DNA of 64,000 nucleotides from positions 470,941-534,940 of the forward strand of contig MU053792.1 in the NCBI GenBank assembly GCA_013239625.1. Reading direction: 5' to 3'. Origin of the DNA: Lama guanicoe (taxonomy: Eukaryota). The notes below the pieces were generated by a model that was not told where the DNA came from, did no database searches, and saw only the letters and a program-made list of their open reading frames with translations. How positions within the stretch are numbered: position 1 is the first letter of the stretch; each line of letters starts with the position of its first letter. The position numbers were made by a program, and so were the translations under genes. Below, one piece after another: positions 52,076 to 64,000 of this stretch.

Positions 52076-54219
52076 CTGCAATGGGTAGCATCCATCAAGA
52101 CCGTAAGAAAATGTCTCTCTAAATGAGTGTTTCCCAAATCACTAATATTAAGGAATACTTCATATAAATGAAAGGAATGCAGCAGACATGCAGCCCAAGG
52201 TCGAATGCAATCTGAATCAATCTGTACACAGTAAGATACTGAAAATTAGAAAAACTTCTGCTATACAGAAGAATCTTAGCAGGTATTAATGACAACTTAA
52301 ACACAGTTTCCTCAATTTTTTTAAACATGAAACATTTCTGCAAAACTTAATAATAAGCTCCAGAATTAGGACTTTATAGAACACATTTTGGGAAATATTG
52401 CTCTGGTTACTGCTTTAAGTATATTTTATTACTGTTTTTTTTAAATGCAGATTTTCCTTTATTTTTTAAAATACATTAACAATAGAATATTGTGTAAATT
52501 TAAGGTGTACAATATGATCACTTGATAAATTTTTATAATATAATATGATTGCCACTGTATATTTAAAATACAAAAATTTATGGATATTTGACGCATACAT
52601 TTTGATGAGTTTGGATATATGCATACTCCCCTAATACCACCCAGGTTAATTTGGTGACTGGGGGACTGTGGTCTGCTGGTTTCATCTGCCTGTGTCCCTT
52701 CTTCATTTTTCTCTCTTCCCTGTTCATTATGCCCCCATGAGAAAAAACCTAAACGCAGACGATTATAGCAACAAAAAGCTTTACTTTCCTCTCCAGCCTA
52801 TCAGCTCTGGAAAGAAAAGTTGCTTTTTAAAGGGCACAAGATCTCTTCATAAATTTAAAACTTGATATAAAACCTATTTCTAATAAGTGTTTTAATTGTA
52901 AGAATGTATCTAGAATAGAATAAAATCAAAGACATTTAAAATAATAATTATTAATTTAAAACATTTTTGAGAATGTAAAAATTTATAAATTGGAACTTTT
53001 GGTATAATTATCTTCTTATGATAAATACTTTAATAAATAAAACAAAAAATTTGAAAGTTACTTAAGGCTTATCACTGTTACGACATTTCGTATCGAAATA
53101 AGATACAATCTAAGGCTACTGTTTTCTTCTGCCCTGAAATGATGCAGTGTTCTATTTTTTCCCCCTTAGGAAACTTCATCTTAAATCCATAGCTAAGGCA
53201 ATTAATTGATGTTAAACAGTATCTAATCTAAGTTGTGTCGGTAATTAAAATTAAACCTTTTTTTCATTCAATATGAGTAAAGAAATAGGAGCATACATAG
53301 AAACCAGAGCAGCACTGGGAAGAGCTGCGGATTGGAACTGAGACAGAGTATTTCCCATTTCTAATTTTCTGAAGTTAAATTAGGAACTCAAATATGTACA
53401 GTAACCTCTCAAAAATCTCAATAACATTGTGCCAACTGTGTATGTGGGAGAAATTTGATGTAACGTTTTCCTTGCTTGTAATGCTAAAATTAACTGAATT
53501 GTGGCACTGGAAATTATGGACTTTGTAGTAAAGAGATAAAACTGCCCAGGCAGTTCCTGTAGAAGAGATTAAAGGCAAGTCCATCTCTAAAAACACAACA
53601 CAGTGGCCTGGGAATAAGCTACCGAAAGAGAACCCGCCCATGAATAGCAGTTGCTTTATTTCCAGCGGCAACTTTATTTTTTTTTTAATCAGTGACACAC
53701 TTTCCTGAGCAGAACTACCTTTGAATATAAATTTATATCACTCGTGACATAACATGAAATGTTTTACCACAAAGATGAACTTTTATGATAAGGCCCATCT
53801 GCATTCCTATTTTAAATTGTCCAGTGCAAGTATTTAAAAACATACACCTTCTGTTTCCTAAATATAAGAATTATTCATGATTTATTAAACTCCATTAAGA
53901 GTGAAAAAGCTGAGCTTATGAAAGCCAGACCATAAAGCTAATGAATATCTTTTACTAAATAAGTACTTGATCTTAAATAAACTGATGCAATGGGCAGATT
54001 GAGAGCCTTCTGGGAAACAGGTTGATTTTAGTCAGCTGTGTTAGGAATCTCTGGATACCCGGGTTTGATTTTCCCAGAGAAGCAGTAGAAGAAGATCAAA
54101 TCATTTCCTTTCATATTTTATAGCTTTTGGGTCCCCAAAACTTGAGGAACAACTTGGGTGATCAGCACAAATTTTTCACAAAACATTCATCTGCCATTTG
54201 ATGAAACAAAATTTGTATT

Positions 54220-54685
54220 TTAAGGCAGGACAAGAAAAATTAAAAATATAACTATTTGGGCCTCGTCCTCTCTCCCTAATGTGCAGTGTGCACCTGCATT
54301 ACACATTAACCAGGGCTTCTTAAGGATGCTGGTGCCTACCTGACCCAAAAGATCATTTTTTTCTTCTGATGTTAGCAATGTAACTTCCTAAAAGAACAGT
54401 GTGATTTCCCAGCTCTGCAGGGGGTGATGGTGACTTGCTCCTCGCTTTGTATGTACTTATATGGACTATGTTTCCTTAGTGAACTTCAGGCAAAGTATCA
54501 GTACATCATCTGATGTACAATCATTTGTCTCAAAATGTACATGATTGCACGTTTGGCTTCTAACAGGCAAAGCAATTATCAGAGCTTTGTGAGAGTCTGT
54601 TTCTCAGGTTAAATTCCTCAGTTTGGCTTGAATAAAATTCCTTTTTTACTTCTTAACTTGATTATTAATTGTAGTTTCTTAGACA
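54220..54685 (+). mobile_element. ERV1-like solo LTR
   Basis: U5-like end 'gagagtctgtttctcagg...cctcagtttggcttgAATAAAattcc...tcttagaCA'. Possible 4 bp TSD TATT at 54216-19 and 54686-89; the 5' edge is uncertain. Confidence 0.6.
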
Positions 54686-55636
54686 TATTCCAATTTAGAG
54701 AGTTGGAGAATGCAACATGGTGGTCAAAGGACTCAGTAGAGAAAATACATCAGGGTTCACATCTATCTCCTTTTTTTCCACACTGCTCTTTTGTGTGTAG
54801 CTTCCCTTCCCTGGAACTTTAGGGAAATGCTATGAGGTGGAACTAATATGAAAAGGAAAACATATTTACTAAAATAAACTAGCTCTACTAGGGCAGAAAT
54901 GTCCTAAAATTGGGTTTTAGATATATCTATGTGTGTTTTTAAATTATGTATTGATCAATTTTTTAAGTGTTATTTACTTTTTAAGTGATGTTTACAAAAC
55001 TGCTAACCAAATAAATGATTTCCTATGAGGCAAATTTGCCAACAAATTAGGTAAGCTAATTATTGCGTTTAAATATTATGACTAATGCTGCACCAGAGGG
55101 TTTTTTTTTTCTGAACCTAAAAAGATTGCTGTAAGAAAGTTTGTCGTTAATAAAAATCCAAATACATTGAAAGAACAGATTTTTTACTTATATGGCTTTT
55201 TAACAAAAAAGTTATAAAGGATTCATTTAAACAGTCAATATCTAAAATGAAATAGTGACTATTCATTTAATAATCTTATAGCACATTATTTCTGGAATGC
55301 TCAGGACACAAAATGGAACACCAAGACAGAAATTACAGATGTATAAAATATAAAAATGTGTATGCATCTATTAAAAATTCTTGACCTACAAAAAGTACAT
55401 AACTCAGGAGAAAGCTGAGTCATTGATGTCTTGCATAATTAGTCTTTGGGCTACAACACCACACACAATATTGCAGGAGCAAAGTGCATAATTTCTATAT
55501 CAATCACTTACATACTCTAAAGAATATACACTTACCTTCTCTGCAGCTGTTTATTTCAAGTAATCCCTCCACTCTTTGAAGTAACACTCCCAGAGACACA
55601 CATGAGAATATTTCGCACAACATGGAAGCATTATTT

Positions 55637-56150
55637 TTTTTAATAGACTATTCTTTTACAGCAGCTTCAGGTTCACAACAGAACTGAGCAGAAAATACAG
55701 CGTTCGCACATAGCCCTCCCCACCCACACATATATACCCCCTACCCTCAACATCCCTCATCAGTGTGACGTATTTGATACAATCAATGAACCAACATGGG
55801 CACATCATTAACAACCAAAGTCCGTAGTTTACATTAGGGTTCACTCTTGATGTTGTAAGTTCTGTGGGTTTTGACAAATGCATAATGACATGTAGCCACC
55901 ACTATAGTATCATATAGAATAATTTCATTTCCCTAAAAATCCCTTGTGCTCCATCTATTCATTCCTTCCTCCTCCTCCTCAAACCCCTGGAAACCACGAT
56001 CTTTTTATTGTTTCTGTAGCTGTGCCTTTTCCAGAATGTCATTTGGTTGGAATCGTACAGTTTGTAGCCTTTTCAGACTGGCTTCTTTCATTCAGTAATA
56101 GGTCTTTTAAGTTTCTTCTATGTCTTTCATGGCTGAATAGATCATTTTTT
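55637..56150 (-). mobile_element. L1MB/MC-type 3' UTR
   Basis: 'ttttttaatagactatt...cagcttcaggttcacaacagaactgagcagaaaatacag...ttacattagggttcactcttg...ccttttcagactggcttctttca'. Confidence 0.9.
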
Positions 56151-57364
56151 ACTGTGCATATATTTTTAATTTACATATATTAATACCAGGTTGTATGTAT
56201 CTTTTTGAGTTAATTCTTATTTTGTGGTTGGCTTTATTTCTTTGACAACAATGTAAGTTTAAAAGTTAAAGCTCTAAACATTCTTAGAAGCAAGGAACAG
56301 TACATATATGTACACATATGGAAGCATTATTTGATCCTGATCTTTAAACAAATAAGCAACTACGAAAAATGTGAGAAAGCAAAGACTTGAAACTAGAGGC
56401 TTGCCTTTGAGCTACATAATCCTGGACAAGAATATAAATCTCCTGGGCCAAAATCCCCTCACCTATAGAAATGGAATAATAATAATATTTGTGTGAAATA
56501 AGGATCCAATCCTCTACCATTAACAATGCCCACTGGGTATGTCGTGCCCCCAGTTTTTAGTTACTCATAATATTATCAGTATTCAAACAGAATTCTGAGT
56601 GGCAGAAACCTCTCCATTATTTTCTTTCATGCTTAAAGTCACACACTACTCACTCGAGTGCTTTATAAATTTTCAATGCACTTAATGATAAATGTTTAGA
56701 AACCTCTTTTTAGGTTTATTACTTAATAGTGAAAAATCAAAAAGCCATATACCATTGGAAAAACACTCATTTTTTTCTGCTGCAATAAAAATGACTGAAG
56801 GAATATGCTGAGAACATAATGCCTTCTTTTCTCTGCCAAAAATGTAGGAAATGTCATCGTAAAACATTACTAAAGGTGTGAAAAACAAGCATTAGGAGAA
56901 AACTGCAGTGTGAAGTTTTGCTGTATAATTGGATTAACTCACAGGCTTTGCAGCATTTCTTTGCTTATTTTATTTACTCAACTACAACAATAAAAATGAT
57001 AAATTTTATATAATATGTTGTGCAACACAATTGAAATTAAAAATTAAGTAATGAGATATGTAGAAAAGTTTAAAATATTTAAAAATTAAATAACACACTT
57101 CTAAATAATCCACAAGTCAAAGAAATCACGAGGAAAACTGCAAATCCAATGACAATGAAAATTCGTAATTTGTGAGGTGTATCTAAAACAATGCTTAGAA
57201 GAAAGTGTATGGCTTTAAATGATTACATTAGAAAACAAGGATGATTGAAAAGTTCTCAAGTTTCACCTTGAGAATTTAGAGTAAAATAGACCATCAGAAA
57301 TGAGAAAGAGAGAAAAAAAGATATGAAATTCAGGACTTTTCAAATTAACAACAAAAAAAGAGAT

Positions 57365-57545
57365 GAGCAACAAGAATTTACAGTATAACACAGGGAACAA
57401 TATTTAATATCTTGTAATAATCTACAATGGTAAATAATCTGAACATATATATGAAACTGAATCACTTTGCTGTACACCTGAAACAAACACAATACTGTAA
57501 ATCAATTATACCTCAATAAAAATGTATTAAAATAACAAAAAAAAA
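57365..57545 (+). mobile_element. short L1 3' tip
   Basis: 'agcaacaagaatttacagtataacacagggaac...ctgaatcactttgctgtacacctgaaac...cctcaataaa'. Approximate TSD AAAAAGA(G/A)ATG. Confidence 0.85.
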
Positions 57546-57712
57546 GAAATGGAAAGAGCTATATACTATAACTTCTTCAGGCATTAGTGTGATATTATAA
57601 GAACAGTATGATCACCTTGCAACAAATTCAGCCACTGAGATTATCTAGAGACATGTCTTAACAAATACAACTTACTAAAACTGATACAAGAAGAGTTAAG
57701 TTTGAATAGCCT

Positions 57713-58531
57713 TACTCAGAAACATACTTATTTTCAAATACCAATTATTCAACATAAGATACATTAAATAACTATAACATTTAAAATCTTAATAGGGTAT
57801 ACATTAGCAAATATGTTCACAGCATCTTTCATTCAAACATCATTCCCAAGCAGCAGTGACTTATTTAAATATTAGCTCTCTCAGATTTTTTTTAAATAGC
57901 AGTACATTAAAAAACTGAACATGGCAGGTCAAAAACATGAGTATAAATGTTTTATATCTGAGATGCAATCAAAAGGCTGGGAGGAACTGCTTTCACCACA
58001 GCTATGCTTAAACCTTCAAAGTATTCCCAGTTTGCATTCTGTAACGTTAAGATACACTCAAATATTAATTTGGCAACAGTACCTGGGATGTATTTTCATT
58101 AAGAATAGATTTGTGTAGCTTAGTATAATGTCAGTATCAACCTGCCTACCCACATTTCAGCATTTTTGAAATGTATAAATTTTTTAAAATTCTTTTCTCT
58201 CTAGGAACCCCAGTTCATCCCCTATTTTATTTTCTTTCAGAAATTAGGGATTTGTTCTTAGCCGATATCTGGAGTGAGCAGCTAATTTGCCATCATTCAC
58301 TGAGAATCTAATGCTTGTGTTGTCACATTACTAATGAATATTTTTTAATGCGTCTTGTAAAGTGTGGTTTTCGATTCCATGTATCAGTCAGTATGTTTAT
58401 ATAGTAAAGGATTATTTGTCACATTATAATGTCACCCAGGAAAACATGCTTCATCTCTTAGATTTTTAACTAAAACTGGTTAAACTTCAGTATTTCACTG
58501 TCAGATTAAATCCCCTTGCCTGAAGAAAAAA
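57713..58531 (+). pseudogene. probable L1-mediated retrocopy of a cellular mRNA 3' UTR (parent unknown)
   Basis: 15 bp TSD AAGTTTGAATAGCCT at 57698-57712 and 58532-58546. ATTAAA at 58505-58510 followed by an A tail from ~58523. The insert does not resemble a repeat I know. Confidence 0.8.
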
Positions 58532-59366
58532 AAGTTTGAATAGCCTATATTTATTTAGGAAATTGATATAGTTCCTACAAAGAAAACACCTGGTCCAAAT
58601 AGTTTCCTTGGTGAAGTTTGTCAAACACTAAAGGAAAAAAATAACACCAAATTTATACAGACACTTTCAGAAAATAGAGAAGGAAACATTCTTCAACTCA
58701 TTTCACGAGGACAGTACAAACCTGAAAAGAAAAAAAGCTAACATTGGTTGGAAATAAAACTGCAAATATTCTTCATAAACATATGCACAGATATTTGCAA
58801 ATTGAATACTGAAATATATAAAAAGAATAACACAAACAGCCAAGTGGGTTTTTGCCCAGAACTTACCCAGAGTTGAAAATTCCTACTCTTTAAGAGAAAC
58901 CATTAAGAAAATGAAAAAGCAAGTGAAAGTGACAAAATATTTGCTACTATCTGAAAAAGACCTTATGTCCAGCATTTATAAAGATCTCTTACAGGTCAAC
59001 CATAGAATGATAAAAAAAAATCTAAAACAACTAAAAACAAAATATGGACAAAAGATTTGAACAGACACACAGAAGTTTGAGATCTTGATTCTCAGGAGTA
59101 TCAACTTAAGTACTTAAGATCAGTGTGAAGATGTTACATGTGCTTTGTCTTCTTGCTCCATTTCATATACAGGATCTGGATGTATAAATTGTAGAATATC
59201 AGAGAATAATTTTCTCAAAAGGCTTGATCTCTGCTGATTTAAACACTATCAGATCCAAAATCTTAGTCCTAGAATTCATACAATGAATATGCTCATATGC
59301 AGTGTGTATGTGTAAATGTATCTGTGTATATTAAAAATTTTACCGTCTTAAACAAAAATTGTGAGC

Positions 59367-59386
59367 GTGTGTGTGTGTGTGTGTGT
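59367..59386. repeat. (GT)10 microsatellite
   Basis: Directly visible. Confidence 0.95.
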
Positions 59387-61619
59387 TGGGGTAATAGTTT
59401 CATTTTAGACAAACTCCAGTGAATGTATTAAAACATCACATTTTAAATACCACTATAAATCAAATGATGTTTGAAATATAAAATATTGTCTAATTTAAGA
59501 ATGTCATAAATGATAGATCTTCAAATGAAACCAAAACAAAAATAAGGAAAAAAGTAAAGTTGTTAAAGGCAAAATACATGCCAGAGTTTTCACATACAAT
59601 ATTTAATTTAGTGCATTTGCTTCCTTACATTTCTTCTTCAAAATATACCCAAGGACTAATTGGTTCACGTTTTCTATGGGAAAACACATTGTGAATATAG
59701 TCAAGATATGCTATTGAAAACAGAGAATGTGGTGGTCAAGGATTTGGGAAATTCAGTGTCCTGTGTTAACAGGACTCCACATGTGCACAAAAGAATCTGA
59801 AATGGAGAACATTAGTTTCTTTTCTTCAGGGTCAGAGCAATGTAGGATAGATCTCCCCTTTACATTTTCTTAGAGTTGTTTTATGGAGAGAGGTTATTTA
59901 CAAATCAAGTATTTGTATATCCTGAACTAAATGCAGTTGAGGTTTTTCTCAAGCCCAATCACTTGAAATTAACCATCTTTTACCACACTTGTGAAAATTT
60001 TCTTACAAATATTTGAGAGCCCTCTGTCCATTAAAAAATAAATAAATAAATTGTGAAAACCTAATTATCCTGTAGAGAACCAAAAGGAACAAGAAGGTAA
60101 GAGGGAAAAAAATGATGTAGGCAAACTTGGAAGTAAAATTTTTGAATTTTCAGTATGTTTTAGTTATTACTCTTAGAAGCTATTAGGAGTACATAGCCAC
60201 AAGAATTTTCAGGAGTTTCGATGATTACTTCCTGTTATGATTTTATCCAAAGTCTGTTACAAATCACTTGAATGACTAGATGAGACACTTCAAGTGAAAT
60301 TGAATAGGGTGCCACCAAATAGGAAAATGTTTGATCTAAGGAGCCCTAAGTAGAATTAGAAAAGTATGATGCCTTCTGCCCTTTTGATCCTAGAAATGCT
60401 CTCTCTTTACAAATTGGGGGAATATTTCCTTCTAACAGCCCAAGTATTTTTTAATCTAATTTTAAACCTTCTCATAAGACACCATGATATTTTATTATCA
60501 TGTTCTATATATGTATATAATATGTACTGCTTGTTAGCCACTCAACACTATTTTTAATTACTATCATTTAACTAGACTTTAAGATTCCTGTGAGCAAGTC
60601 TGTTATTTACCCATCATATGGGACAGTGGCTGGAACAAAATAAATGTTCAAAGATGTTGGTTAATAAATGTATGAATAAAGATAGACACTGGCATCAGAT
60701 TTGGAAAGGGGGGTTTCAGCAATTGGTATTATATTAAAATAACATTTTCCCATCACTCTATTTTTTCTCCTTTTTGTACTCATCTTTACCTGAAATAGTA
60801 CAGTATTTAAATTTAGAACTATTTATACAGATAATTACAGATGATGATAAATAGATAATATGACAGATAAATAGATAGATGAATACAGATGCAGATAGAA
60901 ATTCCTTATTGTCTGTCTTTCTTACTAGAATGTTTTGTCTCCTGAATTAACGTTTAAATAAAGGAAAGCCGATGAGGTTTAAGTGATTTGAAATTGACTC
61001 ATGAATCACAACCAGGCTTCTTTCCCCATTTAATCAAAGGAAACGTGCGAAGGTAAAATCTCTATATGAATTAAAGTAAGACTACCAGTGAATAAAATAT
61101 GACAGAATTTACTTCAAAAAATATAATATTCTTAAACATTGATAGAAATAGCTCTTTAATTAAGTCTGGATTATTAAAAAAAAAGTACTTTGAATCAATT
61201 TAAGGAATACTGTTTAATTTCCTGAATACTGCTGTTAACAATAAATGTCTAGACGAGTACATTAAATATATATGGATGTGAAATATTTTAGGATTCAAAG
61301 TTCATGCTGTCTTTAAAGTACATCATATTTATGCCAGAATGTTATTCAGAGCATGCTATTATTTCCAGTGAGGTCTCTGGAATCACTGATCAAATATTCA
61401 GCTTTTGATAATAATAATTTTTTATAACACAAGAGTACATATTACAGAAACAGTCTTTGTATACAAGTATACATGTTACACATATATTTATAAAACAATG
61501 GAAAACTATAATAAAAATCCATACATGTAACTACATCATTTTTCTGAAGAAATCTTTTTCTCATTCGGCTACCACCTTTTGACTGCCAGTTATTATGTAA
61601 TAACAGGGACAATAATGAT

Positions 61620-61830
61620 CATAATTAACTACCTAACATTCTTTGAGTGCTTGTTATATGCCATAAAATGTTTTATTCGCTTTAAATGTATTTCAGCTAT
61701 ATGTCTTTGACAGAGGTACCGTTATTCATGTAATAAATGAGAATGAAGCCATGGTTTTTAAGTAATGTGCCCATGATCACACAGTAAGGTGGAAAGATTT
61801 CAATCCACACAGTCTAGTTCCAGCGTTTAC
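61620..61830 (-). mobile_element. MIR
   Basis: 'ctaacattctttgagtgcttgttatatgcca...aaatgagaatgaagc...ttaagtaatgtgcccatgatcacacag..ggatttcaatccac'. Confidence 0.75.
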
Positions 61831-62714
61831 ACTCCAGCAAATAAGCAAGCAAAGGAGAGAGATTTTAACAAAGGGCAAAAATATTTACAGATCAATAGAA
61901 AAGCTAATGATAATAATGTACCTCCAGCAACTAGATTACCATTTTGTCAGATTCTTCAAAACATTTATAAATTTGATCTATATGTTAAATTTGTATTAAC
62001 ATTGATTCTTATTTGTGAATTAATGACACCATAAAAATAAAATCCTCACCACCTGGGGACAAGGTTAGTAAAGCGAGAGAAGTGCTATATATCTAAAGCA
62101 AGCTTTTTAAAGCTTTTTCTCATTTTAAAATTCATTTTCTTGGAAATATTAAGATAACTATATTTTTATTTAATTATATGTACCCTGAAGTTAATACAAT
62201 CTTTAATAGCATAATTTTATTTCTGCTTGGTCACATCACACATCACCAGACATTTTATTTTTTTGAAAAAATATGATATAGAACAGATTGTCACTTTCTA
62301 TTAAATTTAATATAGAATAATCAAAATTAGCTCAAATATTCATTTTATTATTTCTTATTTTTCTTCAATTATCTGTGTCTTTTTCTCATTTTCAGTTTTA
62401 TTAAGTAGAATTATTATGGTTTGACTGCACTTATACATGATATTGCATGTAAATACACATATACAATATACTGCATGTTTTTTAGTTTACATATGTGTAC
62501 TGATCATTGTTTCTAAGAGTCAATTAGAGCTTTAGCTTTTTAAACTTACATAGTTATTAAAGGAATATAGCCAACCACAAAATAAGTATCAACAGAATGC
62601 AATAATCCAATCATAAAAGACAGTCAGATGAGCTTACACATATTCAGAAATCAATCATCTAAGTTATAAATAATAAGTAGTTCATGTGTGTCCTTATATT
62701 TTATTATATAACTG

Positions 62715-64000
62715 ATAATATATGGCATTTTTCTTTCTCTTTCCTACCAACTTCACTTAGAATGGTGATCTTCAGGTCCATCCATGTTGTGGCAAATAGC
62801 ATTACTTTATTCTTTTTTATGGCTGACTAGTGTTCCATTTTATATATGTACCACATCTTCTTTATCCAGTCATCTGTTAATGGACATTTGAGTTGTTTCC
62901 ATGCCTTGGATATTGTAAATAGTGCTGCTATGAACATTGGGATGCATGTGTCTTATTTTAGTTTTATTTTTCTCCAGGTATATGCCCAGGAGTGGGATTG
63001 CAGGATCACATAGTAAGTCTATTTTTAGTTTTTTAAGGAACCTCCATACTGTCCTCCATAGTGGCTGCACCAGTCTATACTCCTACCAACAGTGTAGGAG
63101 GGTTCCCGTTTCTCCAGACACTCTCCAGCATCTATCATTTGTAGACTTTTCAATAATGGCCATTCTGTAGGTTGTCTTTTCATTTTGTTGATGGTATCCT
63201 TCTCTGTGCAAATGCTTTTAAGTTTAATTAGACCCCATTTGTTTATTTTTGCTTTTATTTCCATTACTCCAGGAGCTGGTTCAAAAAATATATTGCTGTG
63301 ATTTATGTCCGAGAGTGTTCTGCCTATGTTTTCCTCTAGGAGTTTTATAGTATCTTGCCTTCTGGTCTGACATTTAGGTCTTTAACCCATTTTGACTTTA
63401 TTTTTGTATATGGTATTAGAAAATGTTCTAATTTCAGTCTTCTACAGGTAGCTGTCCAGTTTTCCCAGCACCACTTATTGAAGAGACTGTCTTTTCTTCA
63501 TTGTATATTCTTGCCTCATTTGTCATAGATTAATTGACCATAAGTGCATGGGTTTATTTCTGGACTGTCTATCCTGTTCGATTGATCTATGTGTCTTATT
63601 GTGCCAGTGCCATACTTTTTTGATTACTGTAGCTTTGTATTGTCGTCTGAAGTCAGGAAGCATGATTCCTCCAGCTCCATTCTTTTGGCTATTTGGGGTC
63701 TTTTAACATATTTTGTTCCAGCTCTGTGAAGAATGTTGTTGGTAATTTGATAGGGACTGCATTGAATCTGTAAATTGCCTTAGGTAGTATGGACATTTTA
63801 ACAATATTGATTCTTCCAATCCAAGAACACAGTATATCTTTCCATTTGTTTATGTTGTCTTCAATTTCCTTCATCAGTGTCTTATAGTTTTTGGCACATA
63901 AGTCTTTTGCCTCCTTGGACAGGTTTATTTCTAAGTATTTTATTATTTTTGGTGAGATGGTAAATGGTATCATTTCCTTAATCTCCCTTTTTGCTATTTT
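62715..64000 (-). mobile_element. young L1 ORF2 3' part, runs off the window; distal 3' UTR missing
   Basis: ORF 63689-63973 '[36 protein letters not shown]' and ORF 62870-63070 '[18 protein letters not shown]'. Confidence 0.95.

Larger units (their letters stand above)
57000..59070 (+). mobile_element. ancient L1 ORF2 remnants hosting two later insertions
   Basis: 'aaataacacacttctaaataatcc...cttactaaaactgatacaagaag...gaatagcct' continues after the insert as 'atatttatttaggaaattga...cctacaaagaaaacacctggtccaaatagtttccttggtgaa'. Confidence 0.75.

Noticed and set aside
53375..53698. 107 aa minus-strand ORF
   Set aside because: Non-ATG start, no recognisable domain and no convincing splice context; likely chance.
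1..64000. CRISPR array, operon or other prokaryotic system
   Set aside because: The sequence is mammalian repeat-rich DNA with no regular repeat-spacer structure and no dense coding.

Overview
AT-rich mammalian genomic DNA, very likely camelid (alpaca/llama/camel). That call rests on a Vic-1-like tRNA-derived SINE and cetartiodactyl-type L1 3' UTRs, recognised by eye. I recognise no intact protein-coding gene; nearly all longer ORFs are sense or antisense pieces of decayed LINE-1. Roughly half the window is transposon-derived: five large L1 copies (all disabled), many L1 3' fragments, MLT1/MLT2 and ERV-like LTRs, L2, MIR and hAT relics. I found no convincing new biological system. The most interesting signals are rearrangement scars: an ~820 bp TSD-flanked, polyadenylated non-repeat insert (probable orphan 3'UTR retrocopy); an apparently perfect 880 bp tandem duplication; an L1 with sense 5' tip + inverted middle + sense 3' end inside one TSD; locally templated insertions at junctions; and microhomology deletions. 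There is also a compact AP-1/IRF/NF-kB motif cluster, and a TATA + exon + signal-peptide-like candidate on the minus strand near 39.4-40 kb. Repeat subfamily names are from memory and boundaries are approximate unless TSDs are quoted.
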